From Lytechinus pictus (Eukaryota), in assembly GCF_037042905.1 (NCBI RefSeq), contig NC_087252.1:12836001-12900000 (forward strand): DNA of 64,000 nt, given 5' to 3'. The position numbers were made by a program, and so were the translations under genes. The notes beneath the pieces were generated by a model that was not told the DNA's origin, did no database searches, and saw only the letters and a program-made list of their open reading frames with translations. Below, in pieces: positions 1-12,919 of the stretch. Every line of letters begins with the position of its first letter. Position 1 is the stretch's first letter.

Positions 1-1384
1 TTCTAATTTACAAAAATAACATGATTGACAAGACAATGGACAGGTGGAAAATGCAATTGGAATTGACTTTATCTGTTTTGCCCCCCTCATTTGAACAAAA
101 AATACAGAATGTTATTTCCCCCTAGAAAGGTACAAATATTGATAAAAATGTAGAATACATGTATGATCATCATTCCATGTCCCCTTATTTTCAGGGTCTA
201 ATTGAGATATGTTTGTGATTAAATTTATAAATATAACATCTAATTAGAAAAAAAAACATGGGTGACAAGGTCACGGTCAGGTGAAAAATACAATGAAAAT
301 TTAATTAATGTACATGCGTATAAAGGTTTGACCTACTTAATTAATTTAGGAGAAATAATACAGTGAGTGTTCTGCATGAAGTAATTAGAATGATAAACAT
401 TGATGTTGCCATGGTTATACTTGAATTCAACGATAAATATCAATGTTCCAAATGGCCTGTTACCATAGCAACGGCTCATTTATCCAAGAAAAGTGCCAGT
501 TTTTATTTAAAAAAATGGACTGTATAATCAGATTTTCTTTCATTTTACCTAATTTTAGGGTAAGAATGGATCCATTGCTGATTTCAAGAATGCGCTATTA
601 CATTCTAGTATAGTCCAATTATGTGCATCGGAATTCGAATAAGTCCCATCAGCGGGTACTCAAGGCTGAAAATAGTATGATTTGAACAGATAGAGTACGT
701 GTCAAATTACAGAAAGAAGACGCCGAACATTTAAGTTAAATCAGACAAGGAATACTAAATTTGTGAAATTTCAAACTTTCTATTATTTCATGAATTTTTT
801 TTTTTAGGTATTCATAGATTTAGTCATCGAATTTAATTCATCGAATTAGTAAGCTAATAAATATCGTGTTTCTATTTATCATCTTGTATATTTTTGCATG
901 AAATTATATTTTTATTCAAATTCTGTCAACAAAAACTGAATAAAATTAGATTGGCAACTGATTTAAGGACGTTCCACAGTCCATGTCATTTTCACCAAAA
1001 ATTTGCAGAGAGTTACTTTGGTATGTATGCATCGTGAAATTGCAAAAAATAATATAGGTTCATGTGCTTATTTTTTCTACGGGACTTCAAATTCGCCGTA
1101 TTCAAATGTTATGAAATGTTGCGCAATCATTAGAATTGTGCCTCTCTTAGACCTCACGAATTCACAAAATGAGTTTAAATCATCTTTACTCAGTGGATAC
1201 CGCATCAAATTTTCAAGATATATAACAAAGTGTATACTAAAGTAAGAGGAAGTATTTTGATAAGTAAAAGTATGTCTACTTGGAGTCAGCAGTGCCCTAA
1301 TTTTTTGGCAAGAATAGTCCAAAAACTCGGAAAAAACAAATCTTCAAAGACGTGAATCTACTCAAAAATTAAAATATATTTTAT

Positions 1385-3350
1385 AAGCTGCACTTCTTTC
1401 AAAATCCATTTCATTTTCATCAAACTCGGCTAAACTGTAAAGGAATGTATATAAAAGACGTTGCGAAGTTAAAATATCGGGTCCATGTGCTCGATTTTAG
1501 CTATCAGTGTCCAAAATGTTGCGAGTTGGCTTGAAAATCGCCGAAAATGCGCCGAAAACATGGAAAAGTCTAATAATACCGTCTTTAAAAATGCGAATGG
1601 CTCCGTAGTTTTGCTCCCAGATATTCAAAATCCATGTCATTTTCATCGTACTCTCTACATTTGAAGAGGAATATATTCTAAAGCCGTTAAAATATTAAAA
1701 ATATGGGGTCCAAGTGCTCGTTTTTAAGCTATCAGTGTCCAAATTGTTCTGAGTTGGCTTGAAAATCGCCTAAAATGCGCCGAAAACATGCAAAAGTCTC
1801 TTAATACCCTAAACAATGTAAATGGTTCAATATTTCACTCCCAATTAACATTCAAAATCCATATCATTTTCATCATACTCTCTAGATTTGTGGAGGAATA
1901 TATTTTAAAGCCGTTAAAATATAGAAAATATGGGATCCGTGTGCTCGTTTTTAAACTATGAGTGTCCAAAGTATTGGAAGTTGGCCTGAAAATATTGAAA
2001 TTAACCTTACATGCATAAAGTGCACCAAAAACGTGCAAAAGTCTAATAATACCGTCTAAAATGCGAAAAGTTCCCTAGTTTTGCTTCCAAACATTCAAAA
2101 TCCATATCAGTTTTCATCATAGTTTCTACATTTGTAGAGGAATATATTCTAAAGCCGTCAAAATATTAAAAATATTGGGTCCATGTACTCGTTTTTTAAT
2201 TACAAGTGTCTATAAAGTGTTCCGAGTTGGCTTGAAAATATTGAAATCCACCTAAAGTGCACCAAAAACGTGCAAAAGTCACATAATATACCGTCTAAAA
2301 TGCGAATGGTTCCGTAGTTTTGCTCCCAAATATTCAAAATCCATGTCATTTTCATCATGATATCTAGATTTGTAGAGGAATATATTCTGAAGGCGTTAAA
2401 ATATTAAAAATATTGGGCCCACTTGCTCGTTTTTAAACTATCAGTGTCCAAAGTGTTTCGAGTTAGCTTGAAAATCGCCTAAAATGCTCCAAAAACGTGC
2501 AAAAGTCTAATAATATATACCGTCTAAAATTCGAATGGTTCCGTAATTCTGCTCCCATACACTCAGAATCCATGTCATTTTCATCCTACTCTCTAGATTT
2601 GTAGAAAAATGTATTCTTAAGACGTTGAAATTTTAAAAATGTGGGGCCCATGTACTCGTTTTTACACTATCAGTGTCTATTTTGTTGCGAGTTGGTTTGA
2701 AACAGCTCAAAATCCGCCGAAAACGTGCAAATGTCTAATACCGTCCAAAATTCCTAAAATACGAATGGTTCCGTAGTTCTGCTGAATCTACTCCAAAACA
2801 TTCAAAATCCATGTAATTTTCCTCCTACTCTCCAGATTTTTAGAGGAATATATTCTTAAGATGTTAAAATATTAACAAAAATTATGGGGTCAATGTGCTC
2901 CTTTTAACTCTCACTGTCCAAGTTTTGGCTTGAAACTGAGTGTAAATTGCGCCTAAAACCATGAAAACGGGCAAAAGTCTAATATCGTCCAAAATGTCTA
3001 AAATACGAATGGTTCCTTAGTTCTGCTCCCAAACATTCAAAATCCATGTCATTTTCATCATACTCTCTAGATTTGTAGAGGAATATATTCTAAAAACGTT
3101 AAAAAGTTAAAAATATGGGGTCCATGTGCTCGTTTTCAACTTATCAGTTTCCAAAGTATTGTGAGTTGACTTGAAATGCGCCGAAAACAATCAAAAGTGA
3201 AATACTGTTTAAATGCGAATGGTTCCATAGTCTTGCTCCCAAACATTGAAAATTAATGTCATTTTCATCATACTTTGCGCATAGATACTTTAACCCCTAC
3301 ATATTTCAAATATGCAAAAATTTACACGGGTCCATGTGCTTGATTTTATG
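1385..3350 (+). repeat. tandem array, ~235-240-bp unit, ~8-9 diverged copies
   Basis: Marker ttcaaaatccatgtcattttcatc recurs near 1400, 1627, 1854, 2097, 2335, 2567, 2804, 3040 and 3250. Confidence 0.9.
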
Positions 3351-3932
3351 ATATAGATATACTCACCGAAATAGACCTTCTTAAGAATTGCGCATTCAAA
3401 AGAATTTGGCATTTTTAGACCTCACGAGATCATAACAATGAGTTTAAAGCTCTATTACCATGATTACTATGTCAAAATCAATGGAAATTTCCTCAAATTT
3501 AATATAATAAATAATTTTATCCTCAATATGGATAATCTATTCATATTGCTATAAATTGTTTGCTCTTTCAAGTCTAACAACACTCTCAGTTCTTTGAAAT
3601 TGTGCGAAAAATAACAAACACTCAACCTCAAAATGTGAAATTTCAATAAGTACAAGAAAATGAGAAATGCTGCACTTTATTCGAAACCCATGTCATTTTC
3701 ACCAAACTTTGCAATGCTGTAAAGGAAGGTATACCTAAGAGGTGCAAACATTATAAAATATGGGTTCATGTGCTTGTTTTCAAACTATCAACACTTGTAT
3801 TAGAGCAAATGTGCTTTTTAAAACACCCCAAAACGCACAAAAAGCTTTGTATCTATGTGAGGAAAAATTCCAAACCACTTTACCATTTTATTAAAACTCG
3901 GGATCCTATTCTTCATACTTTGCAGCACTATA

Positions 3933-4716
3933 CAGTGCGTCCCAGAAAAAAACGAAACCGAGATTTAGCGATGATTTATCATAACTTAATTACAAATAAA
4001 ATAGACAAATGACCTACCATTGTAAAGCTAAGAATTTCCTCTTTCATCTGAAATTACAATTTGAAGAGGGGATACCAAAAAGTCATTTGGCGGGCTGTAT
4101 CTGGGTTTTAAAAAGAAAACCACATTTCTAAAAAGTTCAATATCTGCTCTTTAATTTGATACCTCAATTACAGAAAATGGTCAAGAAATAGGAAAGTTCT
4201 GGTTATTTGAAATAAGGCTTGAATTTCAATAATTTCATAAAATGAAGAGGTTTTACAGGATAGCGTTCAAACTCACTCGACACTCCGTTTTGTTGACGAT
4301 CAGCCATGCATGAAGTCTTTTGTTAACCATGCGATAGCTTCTGTGGGAAACCGGTGAAAACACGTTTATTTAATGAAATTATGGAAATACAAGCATTGTT
4401 TCGAGGAAACGTAACTTTTTTACTTCTTGACCATTTTTTGTGATTAAGGTATCAAATTAAAGAGCATATATTGAACTTCTTAGGCATGTGATTTTCTTTT
4501 TAAAATTCAGATACCCCCCGCCAAATGAGTTTTTGGTATCCTTTCTTCAAATTGTTTTTGCTCACTCATGCGTGAATGAGGAATAATCTAAGTAATATCA
4601 GATGAAAGAGGAGATTCTAAGCTTTACATTGGTAGGTCATTTGTCTATTGTATTTGTGATTAAATTATGATAAATCATCGCTAAATCTCGGTTTCGTTTT
4701 TTTGTGGGACGCACTG
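3933..4716. mobile_element. Tc1/mariner-type palindromic MITE, copy 1 (intact)
   Basis: TA|CAGTGCGTCCCA...TGGGACGCACTG|TA, long inverted arms. Confidence 0.9.
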
Positions 4717-5496
4717 TAAAGTAGGCCTATAAAGTATTTTAAAATTTTAGAGGAATCTAACAAAAATGGTCCATGCTTTTTTTTTAGAAATAATTCCAAT
4801 TTATTAGCTGCATAAAATAACACATAATCGGATTTGCAATAAGTGCAGATAAGGAGAAAATCAGATCATACCTACGGCTGATTGTCCTGTTCATCCTCTG
4901 TGACGTCATCGCGCAGAGTGTAAAATATGCGCAGATCATGATGCGCATCAACATAACTGTGGAACGTCCTTAAAGCATAAGGTAATGAATGCATTGACTT
5001 TTTTTCAAGGGAGACATTTCAAACACCCATGAATGAAAACCCATGTCAAAATATTTAAAAAAGGGAAAGTGGGGACACCGTAAACCCACCTAATGAATAT
5101 TCGAGCATCTTTTAATTTTTTTTTTTTACGAAATATTTCTTAAAATCAAAAGTCATTACCTTAAGTGACTTGCTATCAGATTGTGATGAAATTATCCACA
5201 TTTAGAGAGGTGACTTTTAATCGTTTTTATTTTACATAATTATTTTCAATCCGGAATACTCGTTTAACTACCGATAAACACTTTTCTTTAAAAACTGTCT
5301 ATATCAAGCTGCAACAGACGGTTTTTTTCATATCTATTATTATTTCTTTATCATTTGCTTGTTATCTTTGAAGGGCAAACTTTATTGTAACTAGGTGAAG
5401 TACTTTCTTGAATCTCGATAATACCAATTTCCCCGAAATATAATGCAAATTAAAATTGGAACACCTGTTGACTCATTTTCTTTGAATACAATATAG

Positions 5497-5762
5497 CCCT
5501 GGGAATCTAACTGAGTTCGAACTCCATCTCCTTGCTGACGGTATGGATCCATCAGACTTCAGGAAGGTCGGACTAGCTCTAGGATTCACCGAGGCTCAAC
5601 TAAGTCGATTCAAGGAAGACAACATTGGCAACATAATGCTCGCTCTATATAAGATGCTTTGCGAATGGCTTAAGACAGTAAGGCATCAAGAAGCGAGGGA
5701 AATGCTATCCAACAAGTTAAAAGACATCAATCTGATACAACTGGCCGACAGTGTACAAAAAG
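5497..5762 (+). CDS. NLR gene, DEATH-domain exon (internal; upstream exon(s) not found in window)
   Basis: Acceptor ttttctttgaatacaatatag|C and donor AAG|gtcagt (phase 1). Translates PGNLTEFELHLLADGMDPSDFRKVGLALGFTEAQLSRFKEDNIGNIMLALYKMLCEWLKTVRHQEAREMLSNKLKDINLIQLADSVQK, a death-fold pattern (LG..EAQL, ML..W, L..LAD). Phase matches the NACHT exon acceptor. Confidence 0.88.
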
Positions 5763-6264
5763 GTCAGTATTATACAACCACCTACATGATCACTACTGCC
5801 ATGTAAATAAACGCTAATGATAACAATGATAGTTTGACAATGAGTCACAGTATGACGATGGAAATGATAATGCTAATAATAATGACATACAAAGGCGATG
5901 AAAATAACATTTAGACAATATACAAATAGCGAATAGGCAGGAGTGCATGGTGCGAGATTTCGCATGAGGTGAAAGAAAGATGCTATATTCAACGAGGCGT
6001 TAGCCGAGTTGAATAGAGTATCTCTTTCTTGCACCGAATGTGAAATCTCGCACCGTTGCACGACTATGAATGTTCGCTATTTGTGTTGTACAACACCTCG
6101 GAATCTAGAGAAAATTTGAAAAAACAAGAGTTTTTCCCTTCAGTAATGTATTAAAAGGGAACGAAAATATTGAAAGCGAAAAGCAAAATCCAAAGACGTT
6201 ATAATCCACGAACGTAGAGGGCAGCAACACACAGCAGCAGTGTTGCTATTAGGAAGGTCCACTC

Positions 6265-7448
6265 CAACGAACGTAGAGGGCAGCAACACACAAGCGTGTT
6301 GCTATAAGGAAGGTCAACTCGATACGCGCATGCAGCTGAGCTGCGCGCGTATTTTATTGTTCATGCCAACGAAATCAAATGCCGATCCAATACAACAACA
6401 AATTAGTAGCGATCAAAAAACGAATATGAAGAATATGACTACAACATTATCAAAGATAACTTAAAAAATATGTTGAGGAATATACGTACATATAAAAACA
6501 TACTTTGATATTTAAAACTTTACAAATATAAGTTTCAGGAAACTAAAATCATTACCAAATCGGTGATTGTTGTTATCAGCGATTTCACCAGACGGCTGTA
6601 TTAGGTGATTTGCGTCGAGACGATTTTGTGACCACTCGCAAAGCATTTCGGGATTGAATATAACCACCTTATTTTCTCTGAGCTCTTCGCTGAACCCATC
6701 ATCACAGTGCAGCTGCAGCGCAGCGCGCAGCCAATGCAATGCATCCGATGCATGGGTTGTTTTTTCGCCGTCCATGCCATGGTCTCGGACTCAGAGTTGA
6801 AATTTAGACCCGGATTTCGGGGATACAGCGCCTTTATTTCAGATTTATAGACTTAAAAGTCAAATGACATTTAAAATTTGAAATCTAACCTTGAACAATC
6901 ATCGTTGATAAACATCAGCCCAGCAGCTATTACACTTCAAATCAGGCCAGGCAAATTACACGTCATTGTCTAAGTTGCTAGATCTATGACGAGTCGCCTG
7001 AAGCCCCAGCGCATCATCAACGTCACTAGCTAGCTGCGCGACCGGCCCAGACTCGGCGCACCCAGGCCAGAAAAATGACCTCGATTATTACGGTGGTTGT
7101 CTATGCATTTATTAGTGGTGCAGCGAAATTCAGCAGAAGAAAATAAGAGATATGAGGTATCCTCGTCACAGGCTTAATATTCCAAAATGAGGAAAAATGT
7201 CAAAATCATGATTATTTAAGCTAAATATTTTCTTTAAAAATTAAAGTGATATTTGTAATATTTATACCCAGAATAACCGATCTAATAATTGTTCATTAAA
7301 AAATATTTGAAATTAACAAATGAAAAAAAATCAACTCGACAAATTTCTCAAAACCCCACCTTATTTTTTAAAGTGGTCACAAAATTCGAGCGGAGTTGAC
7401 CTTCCTTAGAGCAACACGCTTGTGTGTTGCTGCCCTCTACGTTCGTTG
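6265..7448. mobile_element. P-like non-autonomous element, young copy A (1184 bp)
   Basis: ~56-bp TIR starting CAACGAACGTAGAGGGCAGC, TSD GTCCACTC (6257-6264, 7449-7456). Confidence 0.92.
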
Positions 7449-7506
7449 GTCCACTCGATACGCGCATACAGTTGAAGTACGCGCACAATTAGGTAAGCAT
7501 GCCAAC

Positions 7507-8691
7507 CAACGAACGTAGAGGGCAGCAACACACAAGCGTGTTGCTATAAGGAAGGTCAACTCGATACGCGCATGCAGCTGAGCTGCGCGCGTATTTTATT
7601 GTTTATGCCAACGAAATCAAATGCCGATCTAATACAACAACAAATTAGTAGCGATCAAAAAACGAATATGAAAGAATATGACTACAACAATATCAAAGAT
7701 AACTTAAAAAATATGTTGAGGAATATACATACATATAAAAACATACTTTGATATTTAAGACTTTACAAATGTACGTTTCAGGAAACTAAAATCATTATCA
7801 AATCGGTGATTGTTGTTATCAGCGATTTCACCAGACGGCTGTATTAGGTGATTTGCGTCGAGACGATTTTGTGACCACTCGCAAAGCATTTCGGGATTGA
7901 ATATAACCACCTTATTTTCTCTGAGCTCTTCGCTGAACCCATCATCACAGTGCAGCTGCAGCGCAGCGCGCAGCCAATGCAATGCATCCGATGCATGGGT
8001 TGTTTTTTCGCCGTCCATGCCATGGTCTCGGATTTAGAGTTGAAATTTAGACCCGGATTTCGGGGATACAACGCCTTTATTTCAGATTTATAGACTTAAA
8101 AGTCAAATGACATTTAAAATTTGAAATCTAACCTTGAACAATCATCGTTGATAAACATCAGCCCTAAAGCCATTACACTTCAAATCAGGCCAGGCAAATT
8201 AGACGTCATTGTCTAATTTGCTAGATCTATGACGAGTCGCCTGAAGCCCCAGCGCATCATCAACGTCACTAGCTAGATGCGCGACCGGCCCAGACTCGGC
8301 GCACCCAGGCCAGAAAAATGACCTCGATTATTACGGTGGTTGTCTATGCATTTATTAGTGGTGCAGCGAAATTCAGCAGAAGAAAATAAGAGATATGAGA
8401 TATCCTCGTCACAGGCTTAATATTCCAAAATGAGGAAAAATGTCAAAATCATGATTATTTAAGCTAAATATTTTCTTTAAAAATAAAAGTAATATTTTTA
8501 ATATTTATACCCAGAATAACCGATCTAATAACTGTTCATTAAAAAATATTTGAAATTAACAAATGAAAAAAAATCAACTCGACAAATTTCCCAAAACCCC
8601 ACCTTATTTTTTAAAGTGGTCACAAAATTCGAGCGGAGTTGACCTTCCTTAGAGCAACACGCTTGTGTGTTGCTGCCCTCTACGTTCGTTG
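7507..8691. mobile_element. P-like non-autonomous element, young copy B (1185 bp)
   Basis: Same TIR, near-identical to copy A, TSD ATGCCAAC (7499-7506, 8692-8699). Confidence 0.92.
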
Positions 8692-10779
8692 ATGCCAACG
8701 AAACCATACAACGACACAATACACTCAGGGATTAATAACAAAAATTTAGAGGAAAACTAGCAGATTATGACAATACTAGATTCAAATAATAGAAGTAAAA
8801 TTTTTTTTTTAATGTGATAATAATGTAACACATTTTAAATATAAAACTATCACAATTTATTGTATTTTTTTGTTAATCGTCAGTAAGCAGGATTGAATTT
8901 TGTCATTAAATAAACCAATCTGCTAATTTCATCCCGATTTGACCAAGCTTATTTTGTGACCACAGAACTTTTTGTAATAAATGTTAGAGTTGACTTTTTT
9001 TTTAATTTCCCCATTTTTTGCTTGAATTTTTTTTTACATCAGATATGCTTAAAAATATGAAATATTTAGATCTCTATTTTCCCTGAAATATTGCGTTGTA
9101 ATGGTAACATTTTTGTATGACTTTGCGTATCAATTGTGATAACGAAGATGTGTAAGGTTGCTGCACCGCATTAATGCGTTAAGCAAGCTACACAACCAGG
9201 TGCCATATGGCATGACAGCGCCCGGCGCCTCGCCCCGGCCGGTGCGGAGGTAGGGTACGGTTGGCTGGTATTTGCATTTAATTCTGCAGGCATGCTAACA
9301 CACATTCGTGTAAAATTATAGAATGAAAATAGCAACTGTGGCAGAGACCTCCGCCCCTTGATAGTTCACAAGTCAAAACCTGTCAGGATATACCAGGCTC
9401 GATATTGGACCAGATAATTTCGGTCTAATGTTAGGTCTAACGACAGACTAGGTCTAGGACTTAGCTTTGCTAGTGTGGCTGCATTCGATTTCTGCCTGAT
9501 GGATGGCAAAAGGCAGTCGGATTTGTGGATATTAGATTCTCATTTTTATATTTTTAGCCTCCTTACATTGAACGTTTAATAAAGATTCTAACCTTGAACA
9601 TTTATCGTTGCTCAACTGCCTTAGTGCCATAACAATTACAGACCTAGCCCAAATCATTCAGGTCCATATCTAGCTATGTCGAATCGCGTCCAGATAACAG
9701 AGGACCAGTGCAGTGCGGCCAGCTGTACGCGCCCCGTTATGTGACCCCGGGGAAGTTTCGGCGCGGCCAGGCAGAAGATCAAGGTCTTGACTCTGTTGTT
9801 GGCTGGTGTATTTTTGGTAGGGGTAGCGAAATTTAGCTGAAGAACGGCAATACAATGCCATCAGACTATGTGTTTTTATTGATGTGCAAACTACAAGAAT
9901 CATGATTATATTGTGTCTTACTTTTTTTTACAAAATAAATTAATATTCTGAAAATAATATTTAACATTCATTCTTGGAGTTTCCATCATCCAAAAAAATT
10001 AGTAAAATTGAACAAACGAAAAAAGAAATCATCGCTACAATCTACCTAAAACGTTCTCTGAGTGAGGGGCGGGGCTTAGAGTGGTCACAAAATCTGATAG
10101 TCCGGGATCCGGGAGCAAAATCTCATAGGGGCCCTATTTAAGGAGTTCGTACAACCCACACCACAGAAAAGGTTTGACACCACAATGGGATAGTATGGAT
10201 CCTCTAGATTACTGCTAGGTGGGTAGTAGTCTCAAATTGTGGTATCACCTTTTTTCTACAGACGAATTTAAATAGCGATATAAAATAGCAACAAAAAAAG
10301 GAAACAATTAATAACCTTTAAGGGTAAGGTGAAATGTAAGTTGTCATATCTCCGCTTGTATGTGCCATGAATACGTCATTCATGTATCAAAATGTTGCTG
10401 GGTGACAGCTCTAACGTCACAATACCATTTAAAAGTGAAATTCAGATATCAAACCTTCAAAATAGGAATACACTCATGGCCAATATCCACTATCCACTAT
10501 CTCAAGTAGATTTGAAAAGAATGATACGATAAAGTGATTTTGTGTTATTAAACATGATGCTCTATATAACTACAGTGGGACTAAATATGCGTTATTCATA
10601 AAAAAATTAAGATTTTGGCAATATTTTCAAACATTTCAGATCTGTTTTGAATATGGGCTATTTTTCATAATCTTGTAGTGCCGTTAGTTTAAAATCCAAC
10701 GCTGCATGAATCAATTAGCATTTCTTGTTCACTGGGATATAATCTGTAATAATTGGGAATTCTTTTATAGGTTTCGTTG

Positions 10780-12160
10780 GCCGAAAGAAGGGGGAGGCCA
10801 AAGTCCCCCATCCTTTTTCCGACATTTGTCTATTTCTTGGAAAATTTGACATTTTGAAGTCCATTTTGAGGCAGATAGCATTTATATTATGTAGGAAACC
10901 TTCTTTTTTTCAATTGAAATCATTTTAAGACAAATGAGTAACCTTTTATCTATTAGTATCTGTTATAAATGAAGAGGTGCTGGCAAACTTCTCACTCAGA
11001 GGGGCTGCCAAAGTCACCTACCAATTTTCAGTATTTTGTCTATTAACATGATTAATGTAAGAATCTCCCATTTTGAGGCCCCATTGAGGCAAAAAAGTAT
11101 TTCTGCTTTGTAGTAAAGTCACTTTTATTGTCATGAAATCACAAAATAGGAGGCTTTTCTCTATCAGCTACATATATATAACGAAGTGCTGGGAAATCGA
11201 AGCCTACCCGCCCTAGGGTCCTGCCGAAGCTACCCACCCCTTTTCCTTATTTTGCCTATTTCTGGGGAAATCTGCCATTTTGGACACCCCCCATTGAGGC
11301 AAAAAGCTATGTCAGTTGTAAACCCAGCCACACAAATTGCCATAAAATATATGGAAAAGTATATAGTCTTTACTCTATCAGCTACATAGTTTATGACGGA
11401 GTGCTAAGGATTTGAAGCCTACCCCCTCAAGGGGCTGCCACAATTACTTACCCTTTTCCGAATTTTGTCTATTCATGGAAAATCTGGCATTTTCGAACCC
11501 CCATTGAGGCAAAAATCTGTTTCCACTATAAAGCAAGCACCTCATATCGTCTTATAACTACCTGGATATAAAAGAGTACCTCTTTCTCTATCAGCTGCAT
11601 ACAAAGAAGTGCTAGGAAATCGAAGCCTAACCCCTCAGGGGCCTGTCCAAGTTACCCACCCCTTTTTCGTATTTTGCCTTTTTATGGGAAAATTTGTCAT
11701 TTTGGATCCCCCTTTGAGAAAAAAAGCTGTTTCCGCTGTAAAGCAAGCACCTTAAATCGTCTTATAACTACTTGGGGACAAAAATATTTTTTTCTCTATC
11801 AGCTGCATACAAAGAGGTGCTAGGAAATAGAAGCCTAGCCCCTCATGGGCCTGCCGAAGTTATCCACCAATTTTGCATATTTCGTCTATTTATAGGAAAA
11901 TCTGCCATTTTTGAGCCCCCGTTGAGGCAAAAAGCTGTTTCCGCTGTAAAGCAAGCCAGATATATCGTCTTAAAACTATATGGAGATGAAAGAGTATTGT
12001 TTTTTCTATCAGCTACATATAAGGAATTGCTCGGGAATTGGAGCCTACCCCCTCAGGGGGCTGCCAAACTTACCTACCCATTATTCCTATTTTGCCTTTT
12101 TGTGGGAAAATCTGCCATTTTGGAGCCCCTATTGAGGCAAAAAGCTGCTTCCGCTGTTTC
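10780..12160 (+). repeat. tandem array, ~209-bp unit, ~7 copies
   Basis: Marker cccattgaggcaaaa near 10861, 11081, 11292, 11500, 11711, 11919 and 12130. Confidence 0.88.
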
Positions 12161-12335
12161 CGATACAACAAAAATGCCAGTTTGCTCCAATGGAGATGAC
12201 AAAAGACGATATTTTCAAATACATGTCAAGTACGAAAAAGGGTGAGGTAACTTCTTGTAAAAATAGGCTTTAATATGCCAGGATAATATTTTGAGGCAAT
12301 ATCTCCTTGACTGGTGAGAACAACACAGACATTAA

Positions 12336-12919
12336 AGGAGAATGAAACTCTTGGAGCAAGTTAGCTTTTTTGAAAGCAAAAAAATCAAAGAATAAGATCA
12401 ACAAAAGTTTGAGTAAAATAGGACTAGCAATAGAAGAGTTATGAGCATTTGAATGTCGAGATCACTAATGCTATGGAGATCCTCCCATTGGCAATGCGAC
12501 CAAGATCTATGATGTCACAGATGAACAACTCTCTCCTTTTGGACACTGAAAATATACCCCAAAACATCTCTTTTAGCTCATTCTAATCATATGACAAACG
12601 ATTCATCAATGATATAATGTTGTGAAACCTCTGTACTTGTCCTCTCATAAAGGGAACACCTCACCTTGTGATAGACTCTATAAAAGTGAGAATATAAGTG
12701 AAATAAGTACTAAAGTAATGAGAGAGTTGTACGTGTGTGACATCACAGATCTTGGTCGCATTGCCTATATGAGGAACTACATGGCATTAGTGATCTCAAT
12801 ATTCAAATGCTCATAACTTTCTTATTATTCATTCAATCTTCCTCAAAATTTCAACAATATGTTTCTTTGATTTTTCTCTTTGATATGGATTCAGCTGGTT
12901 TCAAGGGTTTCATTCTCCT
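12336..12919. mobile_element. TTAA MITE (Kolobok-like)
   Basis: TTAA|AGGAGAATGAAAC...GTTTCATTCTCCT|TTAA. Confidence 0.85.

Larger units (their letters stand above)
967..4969. mobile_element. non-autonomous TTAA DNA transposon (Kolobok-like) with internal tandem array
   Basis: Perfect 14-bp TIR GGACGTTCCACAGT / ACTGTGGAACGTCC, TTAA at 963-966 and 4970-4973. Confidence 0.8.
651..5262. mobile_element. degenerate TTAA-type (Kolobok-like) MITE split by the 967-4969 element; ends approximate
   Basis: Imperfect TIR agcgggtactcaaggctgaaaatagtatg / cataattattttcaatccggaatactcgt, followed by ttaa. Confidence 0.45.

Noticed and set aside
6512..8018. Duplicated 87-aa ORFs (MDGEKTTH...) as a gene pair
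   Set aside because: They are interiors of two near-identical TE copies with no recognisable domain; identity reflects recent transposition.
6265..8691. LTR pair or simple tandem duplication
   Set aside because: Each copy has TIRs and its own distinct 8-bp TSD; no TG..CA ends or primer-binding site.
11772..12245. 157-aa ORF with internal repeat
   Set aside because: Chance reading through the 209-bp tandem array; neighbouring units contain stops.
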